A program made the position numbers and the translations under genes. Shown one piece after another: positions 27,612 to 38,063 of a DNA stretch of 64,000 nucleotides (the first letter of the stretch is position 1; each line of letters begins with the position of its first letter). Source of the DNA: an uncultured Gemmatimonadales bacterium (GTDB lineage: Bacteria; Gemmatimonadota; Gemmatimonadetes; Longimicrobiales; RSA9); NCBI GenBank assembly GCA_963708135.1, contig OY970192.1, forward strand, positions 3,104,001 to 3,168,000, written 5' to 3'. The notes beneath the pieces are model-generated. The model was not told the DNA's origin and made no database searches. It saw only the letters and a list, made by a program, of their open reading frames with translations.

Positions 27612-30600
27612 TCAATACATGATTCTCAGGCGCCTCGCCATCCCCCGGCCGAGGCGGCCGGGGCGCGGGATGTAGCGGTGCAGCTCCTCGGGGGTCTCGA
27701 CCCAGACGCACAGGTCGGGGAGGAGGGCGAAGTCGCCGATGCCGATGGCGGCGCCGAAGTGCGAGATCAGCAGCACGGCCTCGCCGTCGAGGAGGGCGGA
27801 GCGGTAGTCCTCGTTGTGGGAGCCCTGGAGCAGGTAGTAGATGACGCGATCGGGCTTGTCGCGCGTGACCTGGGTCTGGAAGAGTCCGCCGCCGGCGGCG
27901 CGCGAGTCGGCGGCCTGCTCGAGCGGGAAGAAGCCGAGGTACTGGAGCCGGTTCTCGATGATCCGGGCACGGCCGCGGAAGTAGGCGGCGAGCAGGTGGC
28001 CCCAGGCGGGGTCGGCGAAGAGGTTGTCCCACCCCTCGGCGGACGCGAAGAACTGGGCCTTCATGTGGAGCTTCGGATGCTCGCCGGGGTCGGCCGGCCG
28101 GGGCGGCTCGAAGCCGCGGGCGCGGAGCCGCTCGGCGACGGCGTGCAGCGAGTCCACCACCGCGGTCGAGAACGGCTCGAGGGCGAGCAGCCAGGGCGTC
28201 CGCGCGCGGCGGGCGAGCGCGGTGTCGATGCGGGCGGGCAGGTCCACGACGGGGATGGCGGTGTCGTAGATCCCGACGCGGAGCAGCCCGCCAGCGCCGT
28301 GGATGGCGGGGGCGAGGGTCCGGCGGGCGAAGAGCAGATGCGAGAGCGTGGCCTCGGCGAGCGCCATGGCGCCGCCGTAGGGGGCGGGGGCGTTGCGGAC
28401 GGAGGGGGCCATGACGAGCACGCGGCCGCCGTCGAGGGCGCGGCCCACGAGGAGCGAGGCCCAGAGTGGATTGCTCCACAGCGAATCCGGGATGCGGAGC
28501 ACGGAGCCGGGCGGCAGCAGCGAGTAGAGCATGGCCTTGGCGATGGTGGCGGCCTTGAAGCCGTAGCCGACGCGGTTGTGGAGCTGGACCACGGTGGCCG
28601 GCGTCAGGTCGAAGCGGGGTACGGGCGCGGGGTCCGCAACGGCGGCGGCGTCGCCGGGGGGCCGCAGGAACGAGGGGAGCTGGTCCGGCTTCACGCCCTG
28701 GCGGAGCAGCAGACGCGAGGCGGCCTCCTTCACGGGCAGCGCCGCGGGGCCCTGGAGCAGCACGGCGCGGTCCTCCCACTCGGGCCCGGCGTAGTCCTCG
28801 CCGACGCCCATGCCGCTCATGATGAGCATGCCGCGGTAGGGGTCGCCTTCCGTGAGGTCGTAGAAGGCGAGCTTGCGGTGGTCGCGGAGCGCGTTGTCGG
28901 GGAGGCCCACCAGCGGCAGGATGTCGGGGCTCCAGAAGGAGGGATCCTGCTGGTCGGTCACGTGGACGTGCACGGCCACGCGGTCGTGCAGCCAGTCGGC
29001 GCCGTGGCCGCGCGCCTCCGTCTGCAGCCGCCGTGAGGCCGCCACCGCCCGCCTGAGCTCGCCCTGCAGGCTGTCGATCACGGCCGCCCACGCGCGCGGC
29101 GCCCCACGCAGGCGCGAGCCGCGCGAGAGCGGATCCGTGAGCACCGGCATCCAGAGCCGGCTGCGGTGCGCCTCGAAGTAGTACTGGTCGAGGAAGATGT
29201 GGAACTGCGGCAGCACGCCGGTCGCGTCGTAGGCGCGCACGCGCCGGATGAGCGCGTCCAGGTAGCCGTACGCCACCATGCGGAAGGCCACGGAGTCGGC
29301 CACGCCGTGCTGGTCCACGCCGTGGAAGTCGTGGATCCAGAGCACGTGGTACGTCCGCGCCTCGTGGATCGAGCGGTCGAGCTCCCACTGGAACTGCGAG
29401 TTGCGCGCGTACGCCACGTGGTTGCTGTCGGAGAAGGCGGCGCCCGTGGCGCGCTCGATCAGCCGGTCAACCTGCTCCTGCGTGCAATGGTCCTCCTCGC
29501 GCAGCGCGAGCTGGAGCGGCAGCCAGACGAGCCGCCAGTCGCCCCAGCGCCGCTGCTGCTCGGCCGCCACCTCGCCGACCGCGTCGAGCAGGCGCGCCAG
29601 CAGCCAGCCGGTGCGGGCCAGGTCGTCCGTCCCGGCGACGAGGCCGCCGCCGGATGCCGGCCCGCTCTCGCCGGCTTCCGCGCGCACCACCCGCCGGCCC
29701 GCGAACGGCTCGAGCAGCGCGGCGGCGAACGGCGCCAGCGACACCGGCTCGCGCTTCTGCCCGAGCAGGCGGTCGTACGGCAGCAGCACCCGAGCGAGGA
29801 GGAGCAGCCGCATGGAGTCGGCACGCGCGCGGCCGCGCGGCGTCACGCCGGCGGCGCGGGGATCCAGCGCCACGGAGAACGCGCGGTCGAACGCGTGGTG
29901 ATAGGCGGCCAGCACGGCGCCCGCGCCGCCCGAAGCGGCCACGAGCCGGCCAAGCGCCGCGAGGCTGTCCACCACCTCCGCCGGCGGGGTGCCGCCTCCC
30001 GCCCGCCTCAGGTATGGAACCACGACCGCCCCGACGCGCAGCGCCCAGGCACGCAGGTCCGCGGCGGCCGCCCGGAGCGGGTCGGCGGCGGGCGGCGCGG
30101 GTGGGACGGGCGGCGTCGCCTCGGCGAGGTGCACGCGGTCGCCCTTCGGGCGGTCCTCACCCCTGAGCCGCTGGCCGACCGGCAGCACGAAGCCGATCCG
30201 CAGCCGCTCCGCCCCCGCCGGTGTCCAGGTGGCGTGCAGCATGGTGCCCGGCAGGAGGAATCCGCCGCGCACGAGCGGGTGCATGAGGGAGAAGTACGGC
30301 GAGGCCTGGCCATCGGGGAGGTCCACCTCGATTCCCATGCCGAGGCGCAGGATCGGGCTCCGGACGCCGGCCATAAGGGCGCCCCGCGGCCCGGCACGGT
30401 TCGTCTCCGTGCCGATCGCCCCCTCGAGCTGCAGGCCGAGCAGCCCGGTGGCCGGGTTCAGCAGGCCGCGGTAGATGCCCGCGCCGACGAGCCCGCCCAC
30501 GCCCGTCCCGCCCCCGCCGCCGACGTACGCACCGACGAACGGCCGCAGCACCGGCGGCAGGCTGAGGAGGTCGGCGTACGCTTCAGGCGGCGGCGGCTGC

Positions 30601-30803
30601 CGCCGTGCCGCGGCCGCTCGGGCCCGGTCGGCGTGAGCGGTGGCGGCGGGATCGGGCGTAGGCCGCGCGACGGCCTGGGCATCGAGGCTCCCGGGCGCCG
30701 CGAGCAGGCAGGCGCACACGACCGCGATCGCAGCCGTCCCCGCCCGGCGGCGGATCCCGCGCCACGCCTCCTCCCTCTCCGCCATCCACGCCTGCCTCGA
30801 CAT
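27612..30803 (-). CDS. Large secreted phospholipase D superfamily-like protein (~1063 aa)
   Basis: Signal-like N-terminus, a Gly/aromatic beta-strand-rich region, HKD motif DHRKLAFYD and a second degenerate motif KLHMKAQFFA followed later by QGSHNEDYRS. Confidence 0.65.
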   Translation of the reverse strand: MSRQAWMAEREEAWRGIRRRAGTAAIAVVCACLLAAPGSLDAQAVARPTPDPAATAHADRARAAAARRQPPPPEAYADLLSLPPVLRPFVGAYVGGGGGTGVGGLVGAGIYRGLLNPATGLLGLQLEGAIGTETNRAGPRGALMAGVRSPILRLGMGIEVDLPDGQASPYFSLMHPLVRGGFLLPGTMLHATWTPAGAERLRIGFVLPVGQRLRGEDRPKGDRVHLAEATPPVPPAPPAADPLRAAAADLRAWALRVGAVVVPYLRRAGGGTPPAEVVDSLAALGRLVAASGGAGAVLAAYHHAFDRAFSVALDPRAAGVTPRGRARADSMRLLLLARVLLPYDRLLGQKREPVSLAPFAAALLEPFAGRRVVRAEAGESGPASGGGLVAGTDDLARTGWLLARLLDAVGEVAAEQQRRWGDWRLVWLPLQLALREEDHCTQEQVDRLIERATGAAFSDSNHVAYARNSQFQWELDRSIHEARTYHVLWIHDFHGVDQHGVADSVAFRMVAYGYLDALIRRVRAYDATGVLPQFHIFLDQYYFEAHRSRLWMPVLTDPLSRGSRLRGAPRAWAAVIDSLQGELRRAVAASRRLQTEARGHGADWLHDRVAVHVHVTDQQDPSFWSPDILPLVGLPDNALRDHRKLAFYDLTEGDPYRGMLIMSGMGVGEDYAGPEWEDRAVLLQGPAALPVKEAASRLLLRQGVKPDQLPSFLRPPGDAAAVADPAPVPRFDLTPATVVQLHNRVGYGFKAATIAKAMLYSLLPPGSVLRIPDSLWSNPLWASLLVGRALDGGRVLVMAPSVRNAPAPYGGAMALAEATLSHLLFARRTLAPAIHGAGGLLRVGIYDTAIPVVDLPARIDTALARRARTPWLLALEPFSTAVVDSLHAVAERLRARGFEPPRPADPGEHPKLHMKAQFFASAEGWDNLFADPAWGHLLAAYFRGRARIIENRLQYLGFFPLEQAADSRAAGGGLFQTQVTRDKPDRVIYYLLQGSHNEDYRSALLDGEAVLLISHFGAAIGIGDFALLPDLCVWVETPEELHRYIPRPGRLGRGMARRLRIMY

Positions 30804-30889
30804 GCCGCCCTCTCCGGCCGAGCACCCGGGTGCCCGTCCATGGGGGCACCCGCAGGGCCGTGTGCAAGCCGGAGACCACACTCCACTGA

Positions 30890-33466
30890 CTATACTCCGT
30901 CCGTCATCGGCCGCTGTGCCGGCTCGCAGGCGATGGCGGTCTTCGCGCCGGCGAGCCCGGGCGCGCCCGCCTCGAGAGTCAGCGTTCCGGGCTCGCGGCC
31001 GGCCTGCAGGATCGCGCAGCACAGGCCGCCGAAGGCGCTGCGCTTCATCGCCCTGTCCGCCTCGTGGCTGCTGGGATCGCCGTTGCCGACGCCGAGGAGC
31101 TTCCCCGCGCCGGTGACGCGGAAGGCGACCTCGTCGCCTGCCACGGGGACGAGGCGGCCGCGCGCATCCTCGACGCGCACCTCCACGACGGCCACGTCCT
31201 GCCCGTCCGCGGCGATGCGGGCGCGGTCCGGGCGGAGCGCGAGCCGGGCCGGCGCCCCGGTGGTCTCGCGGCGCGCGATCAGCGCCGGCTTGCGCGAGCC
31301 GGTGCGGTATCCGCGCGCGGTAAGCGTGCCCGGCGCGTACGGCACGGTCCACTGCACGTGGCCGTATCTCGGCACGTCGCGCGCGCCGAGGGAGCGGCCG
31401 TTCAGCAGGAGCTCGACACGATCGAGGTTCGTGTAGCACCAGACGTCGATCGGCTGGCCTTCCCTGCCCTGCCAGCTCCAGTGGGGAAAGAGGTGGAGCA
31501 CGGGGGCGCCGCCCCACATGGCCTGGTAGTAGAAGAAGGCGTCCTTGGGGAAGCCGCAGGTGTCCATGACGCCGAAGTGCGAGCTCACGCACGGCCAGTC
31601 GTAGGGCGTGGGCTCGCCGCGGTAGTCGAGGCCGGTCCAGACGAAGCCGCCGGCCAGGTACTCGCGCGCGGCGTAGTGGGCCCACCAGTCCTCGGCGGTG
31701 CTGCCCCACCACGGGTGGTTCACGTCGTAGGCGGAGAGGTAGCCGCGCTCCTTGTCGGTCGTGTAGATGCCGCGCGTCGAGAGGGCGCTCGCGACCTCGG
31801 TTCCCATGCACGGCTTCGCGGGGAACCGCTGGTGGAACGCGTCGGTCTTGGCGTCGCGGTAGTTGAAGCCCTGCACGTCGATGACGGTCGAGATGCCGGT
31901 GCCGAAGCCGCTGTCCATGGCGGCGGCCACGGGCCGGCCGGGGTCCAGGCGCAGCACCGCCCGCTTCAGCGTGGCGGCGATGCGGGCGCCGCGCTCGTTC
32001 CACTGATCGGCCTGCTCCTCGTTGGCGATGGACCAGCAGAAGACGCTCGGGTGGTTGCGGTCCCGCCGCACCATGCGCTCGAGCTGCGAGAGCCCCTCCG
32101 CTCCGGGCTCGAACATGCGCGTCTCGTCGACGACCAGCATGCCCAGCCGGTCGCACGCGTCGAGCAGCTCCCTGGCCGGGGGGTTGTGCGCCGCGCGGTA
32201 GGCGTTCGAGCCCATCGCCTTCAGGCGCTCGATCCGGTACGCCTGCAGCCGGTCGGGCACCGCCGCGCCGACGCCCGCGTGGTCCTGGTGGTTGCACGTG
32301 CCGCGCAACTCGAGGCGCCGGCCGTTCAGGAAGAAGCCGCGCTCGGCGTCGAAGCGGATCGTGCGCATGCCGAAGGTGGTCTCGACGCGGTCGAGCACGC
32401 CGTCCACGCCCTCCACGGTGGTGACCAGGCGGTAGAGCGCCGGCGAGTCGGGCGACCAGAGGGCCGGCCGCGCCACCAGGGCCTCCTGCGTCAGGGTGAG
32501 GCCGGTGCACGCGGGCAGGCTCGCGGGCTCGGCGGCCGTCGTGGCGACCGTGTTCCCCGCCGCGTCCAGCACGGTGTGGGTGACGCGGCAGTCGGCGGTC
32601 TCGCCGGCGTCGTTGGCGAGCTCGGTCGCGATCGTGAGGCGGGCGTCGTCGCCTTCCACCGCCGAGTGGACGAAGACGCCGTCCGGCGCGACGTGCACCG
32701 GGCCCGTCTCGACCAGCCACACGTGCCGGTAGATGCCGGCGCCCTCGTAGAACCAGCCCTCGTGCTCGGTGGCGTCCACGCGCACGACGAGGATGTTGGG
32801 CGCGGCCGGGTCGAAGACGTCGGTGAGGTCCACGCGGAAGGGCGCGTAGCCGCTCATGTTGCCCGCGAGGAAGTGTCCGTTGAATGCGACGATGGCATTG
32901 CGGAACACCCCGTCGAACTCGAGCGCCAGGCGCCGTCCGCGGGCCAGGGCCTCGGGCAGCCGGATCTCGCGCCGGTACCAGCCGATGCTGGTGTCGGGCC
33001 AGCGGCGGCCGAGGGGCCTGAAGCCGGAGTCGCGGAGCTCGGGGTCGTTCACGAACGGCAGCTCGACCGCCCAGTCGTGGGGCAGGTCGAGCTCACGCCA
33101 CGCGGCCGCGTCGAAGTCGGGCTTCGAGGGCTCGAAGAGCGTGCCCGCCTTGGCGAATGCGCTCTTCCGGCCGTAGCCGAAGTCGCGGGCGGGGTCATCG
33201 GCGTGGCCCAGCGCGAAGCGCCAGCCGAAGTCGAGGAGCAGGCGTCGGCGGGGGGAGCCGGGCGCGGAGGAGGAGGCGGGCTCGAGACGCGAACGGGACC
33301 TCGGATCGCCGGGCGCCGTACCGAGGAGGCCCGGGGGCAGGGCACACGCGGCGGCGGCGCCGAGGGTGGTCCTGAGGAGCTCGCGGCGGGTCCAGCGCTC
33401 GGCGGGCGCGTGCCCAGCGAGGCATTCCTCTGCCTCGGGGCCGCCTTGCGGCTCGTCGCGGCTCAT
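30890..33466 (-). CDS. galA: GH2 beta-galactosidase (GalA type) with a twin-arginine signal
   Basis: TRRELL Tat motif, LPHDWAVELPF, EGWFYEGAGIYRHVWL, HQDHAGVG, RDRNHPSVFCWSIANEE (acid/base) and GGFVWTGLDYRGEPTP. Start uncertain (33466/33487/33526). Confidence 0.9.
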   Translation of the reverse strand: MSRDEPQGGPEAEECLAGHAPAERWTRRELLRTTLGAAAACALPPGLLGTAPGDPRSRSRLEPASSSAPGSPRRRLLLDFGWRFALGHADDPARDFGYGRKSAFAKAGTLFEPSKPDFDAAAWRELDLPHDWAVELPFVNDPELRDSGFRPLGRRWPDTSIGWYRREIRLPEALARGRRLALEFDGVFRNAIVAFNGHFLAGNMSGYAPFRVDLTDVFDPAAPNILVVRVDATEHEGWFYEGAGIYRHVWLVETGPVHVAPDGVFVHSAVEGDDARLTIATELANDAGETADCRVTHTVLDAAGNTVATTAAEPASLPACTGLTLTQEALVARPALWSPDSPALYRLVTTVEGVDGVLDRVETTFGMRTIRFDAERGFFLNGRRLELRGTCNHQDHAGVGAAVPDRLQAYRIERLKAMGSNAYRAAHNPPARELLDACDRLGMLVVDETRMFEPGAEGLSQLERMVRRDRNHPSVFCWSIANEEQADQWNERGARIAATLKRAVLRLDPGRPVAAAMDSGFGTGISTVIDVQGFNYRDAKTDAFHQRFPAKPCMGTEVASALSTRGIYTTDKERGYLSAYDVNHPWWGSTAEDWWAHYAAREYLAGGFVWTGLDYRGEPTPYDWPCVSSHFGVMDTCGFPKDAFFYYQAMWGGAPVLHLFPHWSWQGREGQPIDVWCYTNLDRVELLLNGRSLGARDVPRYGHVQWTVPYAPGTLTARGYRTGSRKPALIARRETTGAPARLALRPDRARIAADGQDVAVVEVRVEDARGRLVPVAGDEVAFRVTGAGKLLGVGNGDPSSHEADRAMKRSAFGGLCCAILQAGREPGTLTLEAGAPGLAGAKTAIACEPAQRPMTDGV

Positions 33467-33537
33467 CCGCCTACTCCTCCGGCTCATCGAGACATTCCTC
33501 TGGCTCGGGGGCGGCCTCAACTTCATAACGAACCGTC

Positions 33538-33568
33538 ACGGAGGAAACGGAGGAACGGAGGAACGGAG
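33538..33568 (+). repeat. Left (ACGGAGGAA)n tract flanking GxxExxY
   Basis: ACGGAGGAAACGGAGGAACGGAGGAACGGAG runs up to the GTG start and also supplies the RBS. Confidence 0.85.
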
Positions 33569-33954
33569 TGGAGCGTCGCGAGGTGGATCCTCTTACGGGG
33601 AAGATCATCGGCGCGGCCATCACGGTGCATCGGCACCTCGGGCCCGGGCTGCTGGAGTCCACGTACGGCGCGTGCCTGGCGGCCGAGCTGAGACACCTGG
33701 GGCTCGGCGTCGAGCGGCAGGCCGTCGTGGCGATCGATTATCGCGATCTCCGCCTCGAGCGCGCCTACCGCATCGACATCCTGGTCGAGCACACGGTCGT
33801 GGTGGAGCTCAAGGTCGCGGCTGCGCTGGCCCCGATCCATGTCCGCCAACTCCTCACCTATCTTCGTCTCGCCGACCTCCACGTCGGCCTCCTCTTCAAC
33901 TTCGATGTCGAAGCCCTCGCCGCCGGCGGCATCCGCCGCGTCTTCCGGCCCTGA
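33568..33954 (+). CDS. GxxExxY protein (PD-(D/E)XK nuclease superfamily)
   Basis: IIGAAITVHRHLGPGLLESTY, YRIDILVEHTVVVELK and QLLTYLRL...GLLFNF. Confidence 0.93.
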   Translation: MERREVDPLTGKIIGAAITVHRHLGPGLLESTYGACLAAELRHLGLGVERQAVVAIDYRDLRLERAYRIDILVEHTVVVELKVAAALAPIHVRQLLTYLRLADLHVGLLFNFDVEALAAGGIRRVFRP

Positions 33955-33956
33955 TG

Positions 33957-33982
33957 CCTCCGTTTCCTCCGTTTCCTCCGTT
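33957..33982 (-). repeat. Right inverted (TTCCTCCGT)n tract flanking GxxExxY
   Basis: CCTCCGTTTCCTCCGTTTCCTCCGTT starts just after the stop codon and is the reverse complement of the left tract. Confidence 0.85.
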
Positions 33983-34088
33983 CGCTCGTGTCCGGCCGTT
34001 GGACGTCTGCCGAGCCACGGGGCCTCCGCAGCGCGGCGCGGCGCGGTCTCGGCACCGCGAGGTCGCTGCGCCCGGGAACTCTCCGCTC

Positions 34089-34148
34089 GCCCGTGCCCGT
34101 GCCCGTTCCCCGTGCCCGTGCCCGTGCCCGTTCCCCTTGCCCGTGCCC
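34089..34148. repeat. Degenerate (GTGCCC)n hexamer microsatellite
   Basis: gcccgtgcccgtgcccgttccccgtgcccgtgcccgtgcccgttccccttgcccgtgccc upstream of galM. Confidence 0.8.
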
Positions 34149-34172
34149 CCGCCGTCCGCTCTCATTCCGGAC

Positions 34173-35231
34173 ATGCCCGATCCCTTCGGCACCCTCGACG
34201 ACGGCACGGTCGTCCACGCGCACACGCTCCGCAACCCGGCGGGGATCGTCGTCCGCGTCCTGGACTACGGCGGCATCATCCAGTCGCTCGAGGTGCCGGA
34301 CCGCGACGGCCGCGCGGTGGATGTCGTGCTCGGCTTCGACTCGCTGGAGCCGTACACGAGCGTGTCGCCGTACTTCGGCGCGCTGATCGGCCGCTACGCC
34401 AACCGCATCGGCGGCGGCCGCTTCGCGCTCGATGGGCGGACCTTCACGCTGGCCCGCAACGACCCGCCGAACCACCTGCACGGCGGCGAGCGGGGCTTCG
34501 ACCGGCGCCTGTGGAGCGCGGAGCCGTTCGAGGCGCGGGGCCGGCGCGGCCTGGTCCTCCGCTACGTCAGCCCGGACGGCGAGGAGGGCTACCCCGGGAC
34601 GCTGCGAGCCACCGCGAGCTACACGCTGAGCGACGATGGCCGCCTCGTCTTCGACTTCCAGGCCACGACGGACCGCGCAACGCCGGTGAACCTCACGCAG
34701 CACAGCTACTTCAACCTGGCCGGCGCGGGCGCGGGCAGCGTGCTGGGCCACGTCGCGCGGATCTCGGCGGAGTCGTTCACGCCGGTGGACGCGACGCTCA
34801 TCCCGACGGGCGAGCTGCGGAGCGTCGCGGGCACCCCGTTCGACTTCCGCGCGCCCACGCCGCTCGGCCAGCGGATCGACGGGGACGACGCCCAGCTCCG
34901 CCACGGCCACGGCTACGACCACAACCTCGTGCTCGAGCCTGCGGGCGAGGAGGGCGGCCTCCGCTTCGCGGCGCGGCTCGACGAGCCGGCGAGCGGGCGC
35001 ACGCTCGAGATCCTCACGGACCAGCCCGGGCTCCAGCTCTACACGGGCAACTACCTCGACGGCACGCTCAAGGGGAAGGGCGGCGTCGCCTACGGCCGCC
35101 ACGCCGGCGTGGCGCTCGAGACGCAGCACTTCCCCGACTCGCCGAACCGGCCGGAGTTCCCCGCCTCGATCCTGCGGCCCGGCCAGCTCTACCACACGCG
35201 CACGGCCTGGCGCTTCTCCGTGAGCGGCTGA
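34173..35231 (+). CDS. galM: Aldose 1-epimerase (galactose mutarotase)
   Basis: YFGALIGRYANRI, NHLHGG, GEEGYPG, VNLTQHSYFNL, GYDHN and ALETQHFPDSPN. Confidence 0.93.
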   Translation: MPDPFGTLDDGTVVHAHTLRNPAGIVVRVLDYGGIIQSLEVPDRDGRAVDVVLGFDSLEPYTSVSPYFGALIGRYANRIGGGRFALDGRTFTLARNDPPNHLHGGERGFDRRLWSAEPFEARGRRGLVLRYVSPDGEEGYPGTLRATASYTLSDDGRLVFDFQATTDRATPVNLTQHSYFNLAGAGAGSVLGHVARISAESFTPVDATLIPTGELRSVAGTPFDFRAPTPLGQRIDGDDAQLRHGHGYDHNLVLEPAGEEGGLRFAARLDEPASGRTLEILTDQPGLQLYTGNYLDGTLKGKGGVAYGRHAGVALETQHFPDSPNRPEFPASILRPGQLYHTRTAWRFSVSG

Positions 35232-35339
35232 GCGGGAAGGACGCCGGCCCGGCGGTTCCACGCCGGGCGCGGCGGTTTCGATGCTGCCGGGAAGACGCAA
35301 GCTCCAACGGCCGTTCTCCGTTCTCCGTTGCCTCGGCCC

Positions 35340-36746
<1,407 letters not shown>

Positions 36747-37127
36747 GTCGGCCTCCCGATGGTTGATGGAGGCGTCGATCATGCGCGAACCGCGCGAGGG
36801 GCGCAAGAAGGGCCGGGGCGGCGCTGTCGAGGCCGGCCGGGTTGCGGCCAGGCGGGGCTCGAGGGTGCCCGGCCGCGAGAGTGGGAGATCCCGGGCCGGC
36901 GATGTCGAGGCGGCCGGGTTGCGGCCAGGCAGGCTCGACCGTGCCGGACGCATGAGTGGGGGACCCTGGGCCGGCTTGGCGGGCGCTCGGCTCGCGAGGC
37001 CTCGCGCCCCGCCGGGCGGACTGCCGGTCCGAACGGCCGGGCGCGGGCACGGGCGAAGGGGGCCGGCCGCCGCCCCCACTCCGGGCCGCCGGGGGGAGGG
37101 AGGAAGGGGGCGGAGGGGCAGTCCGAC

Positions 37128-37574
37128 TCAGCCGGCCGCCACCCTGCCGCGCAGCAGGTCGCGGATCTCGGCGAGCAACTTCTCCTCGGCGCTGGGCGCG
37201 GGCGGGGCGGGCGGCGCGGGCGCGGCCTCTTCCCTCCTCTTCAGCCGGTTGAAGCTGCGGACTACCATGAAGACCACGAACGCGACGATGCCGAACGAGA
37301 TGAGCGCGTTCAGAAAGACGCCCAGGTTCACGGTCACGGCGCCGGCGGCTTTGGCGGCAGCAAGCGTCGCGTAGGGGCCGGGGTGGGTGCCGGATTTCAG
37401 CACCATGAAGATGTTCGAGAAGTCCACGCCGCCGAGCGCGAGTCCGATGGGCGGCATGATGATGTCATCGACCAGCGACTTCACGACCGTGGCGAACGCG
37501 GCGCCGATGATGATGCCGACCGCCATGTCGAGCATGTTGCCCTTGACCGCGAACTCCTTGAATTCCTTGAACAT
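37128..37574 (-). CDS. mscL: Large-conductance mechanosensitive channel
   Basis: [27 protein letters not shown]...[12 protein letters not shown] and the C-terminal LLAEIRDLL. Confidence 0.96.
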   Translation of the reverse strand: MFKEFKEFAVKGNMLDMAVGIIIGAAFATVVKSLVDDIIMPPIGLALGGVDFSNIFMVLKSGTHPGPYATLAAAKAAGAVTVNLGVFLNALISFGIVAFVVFMVVRSFNRLKRREEAAPAPPAPPAPSAEEKLLAEIRDLLRGRVAAG

Positions 37575-38063
37575 GAAACCCTCCGGGGTGAGCGGGACGC
37601 GGCCAGGCGGAGCGGGCTCGACGCGCGTGCGCCGGACGGCCGGCTCAATCAATGGCGCCCCGGCCCCGGCAGCGCAACGGTGTTCGCGGCCGAGGCGGAT
37701 GGCCCGGTCGACGCCGAGGGCATCGGCTGGAGGCTGCTCCGTCTCAGGGCCGAGCGTTTCGGAGAGCGCGCACGCCGCCGCACGTCGCCCGCCGGAAGCG
37801 GCCTCGCCATCGTTGCGCCGCGGGGCGCACCCCACCTACCTTGACCCGCCGCGCCGGCCCGGACGGAAAATCACGGGACCGCGTGGACGGCTCCCACTCC
37901 CCCACATCGACGCAAGACTGCTCGCATGAATGTGCGATGCCGCCGCGGCGGGGTCCATCGCAATGTCGGGCATTCCGGCGGCGTTCCGCCGGCGCGCGAC
38001 GCAGTCCTCCACGCCCGCGGCCCCTCCGGCCGCGGACGCGGGTTCCCCTCGCCAGGAGGCGGC

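Noticed and set aside
30804..32720. N-terminal extension of the 1702-aa ORF
   Set aside because: It is an alternative frame of the beta-galactosidase. The real protein begins at about 30803 with a signal peptide.
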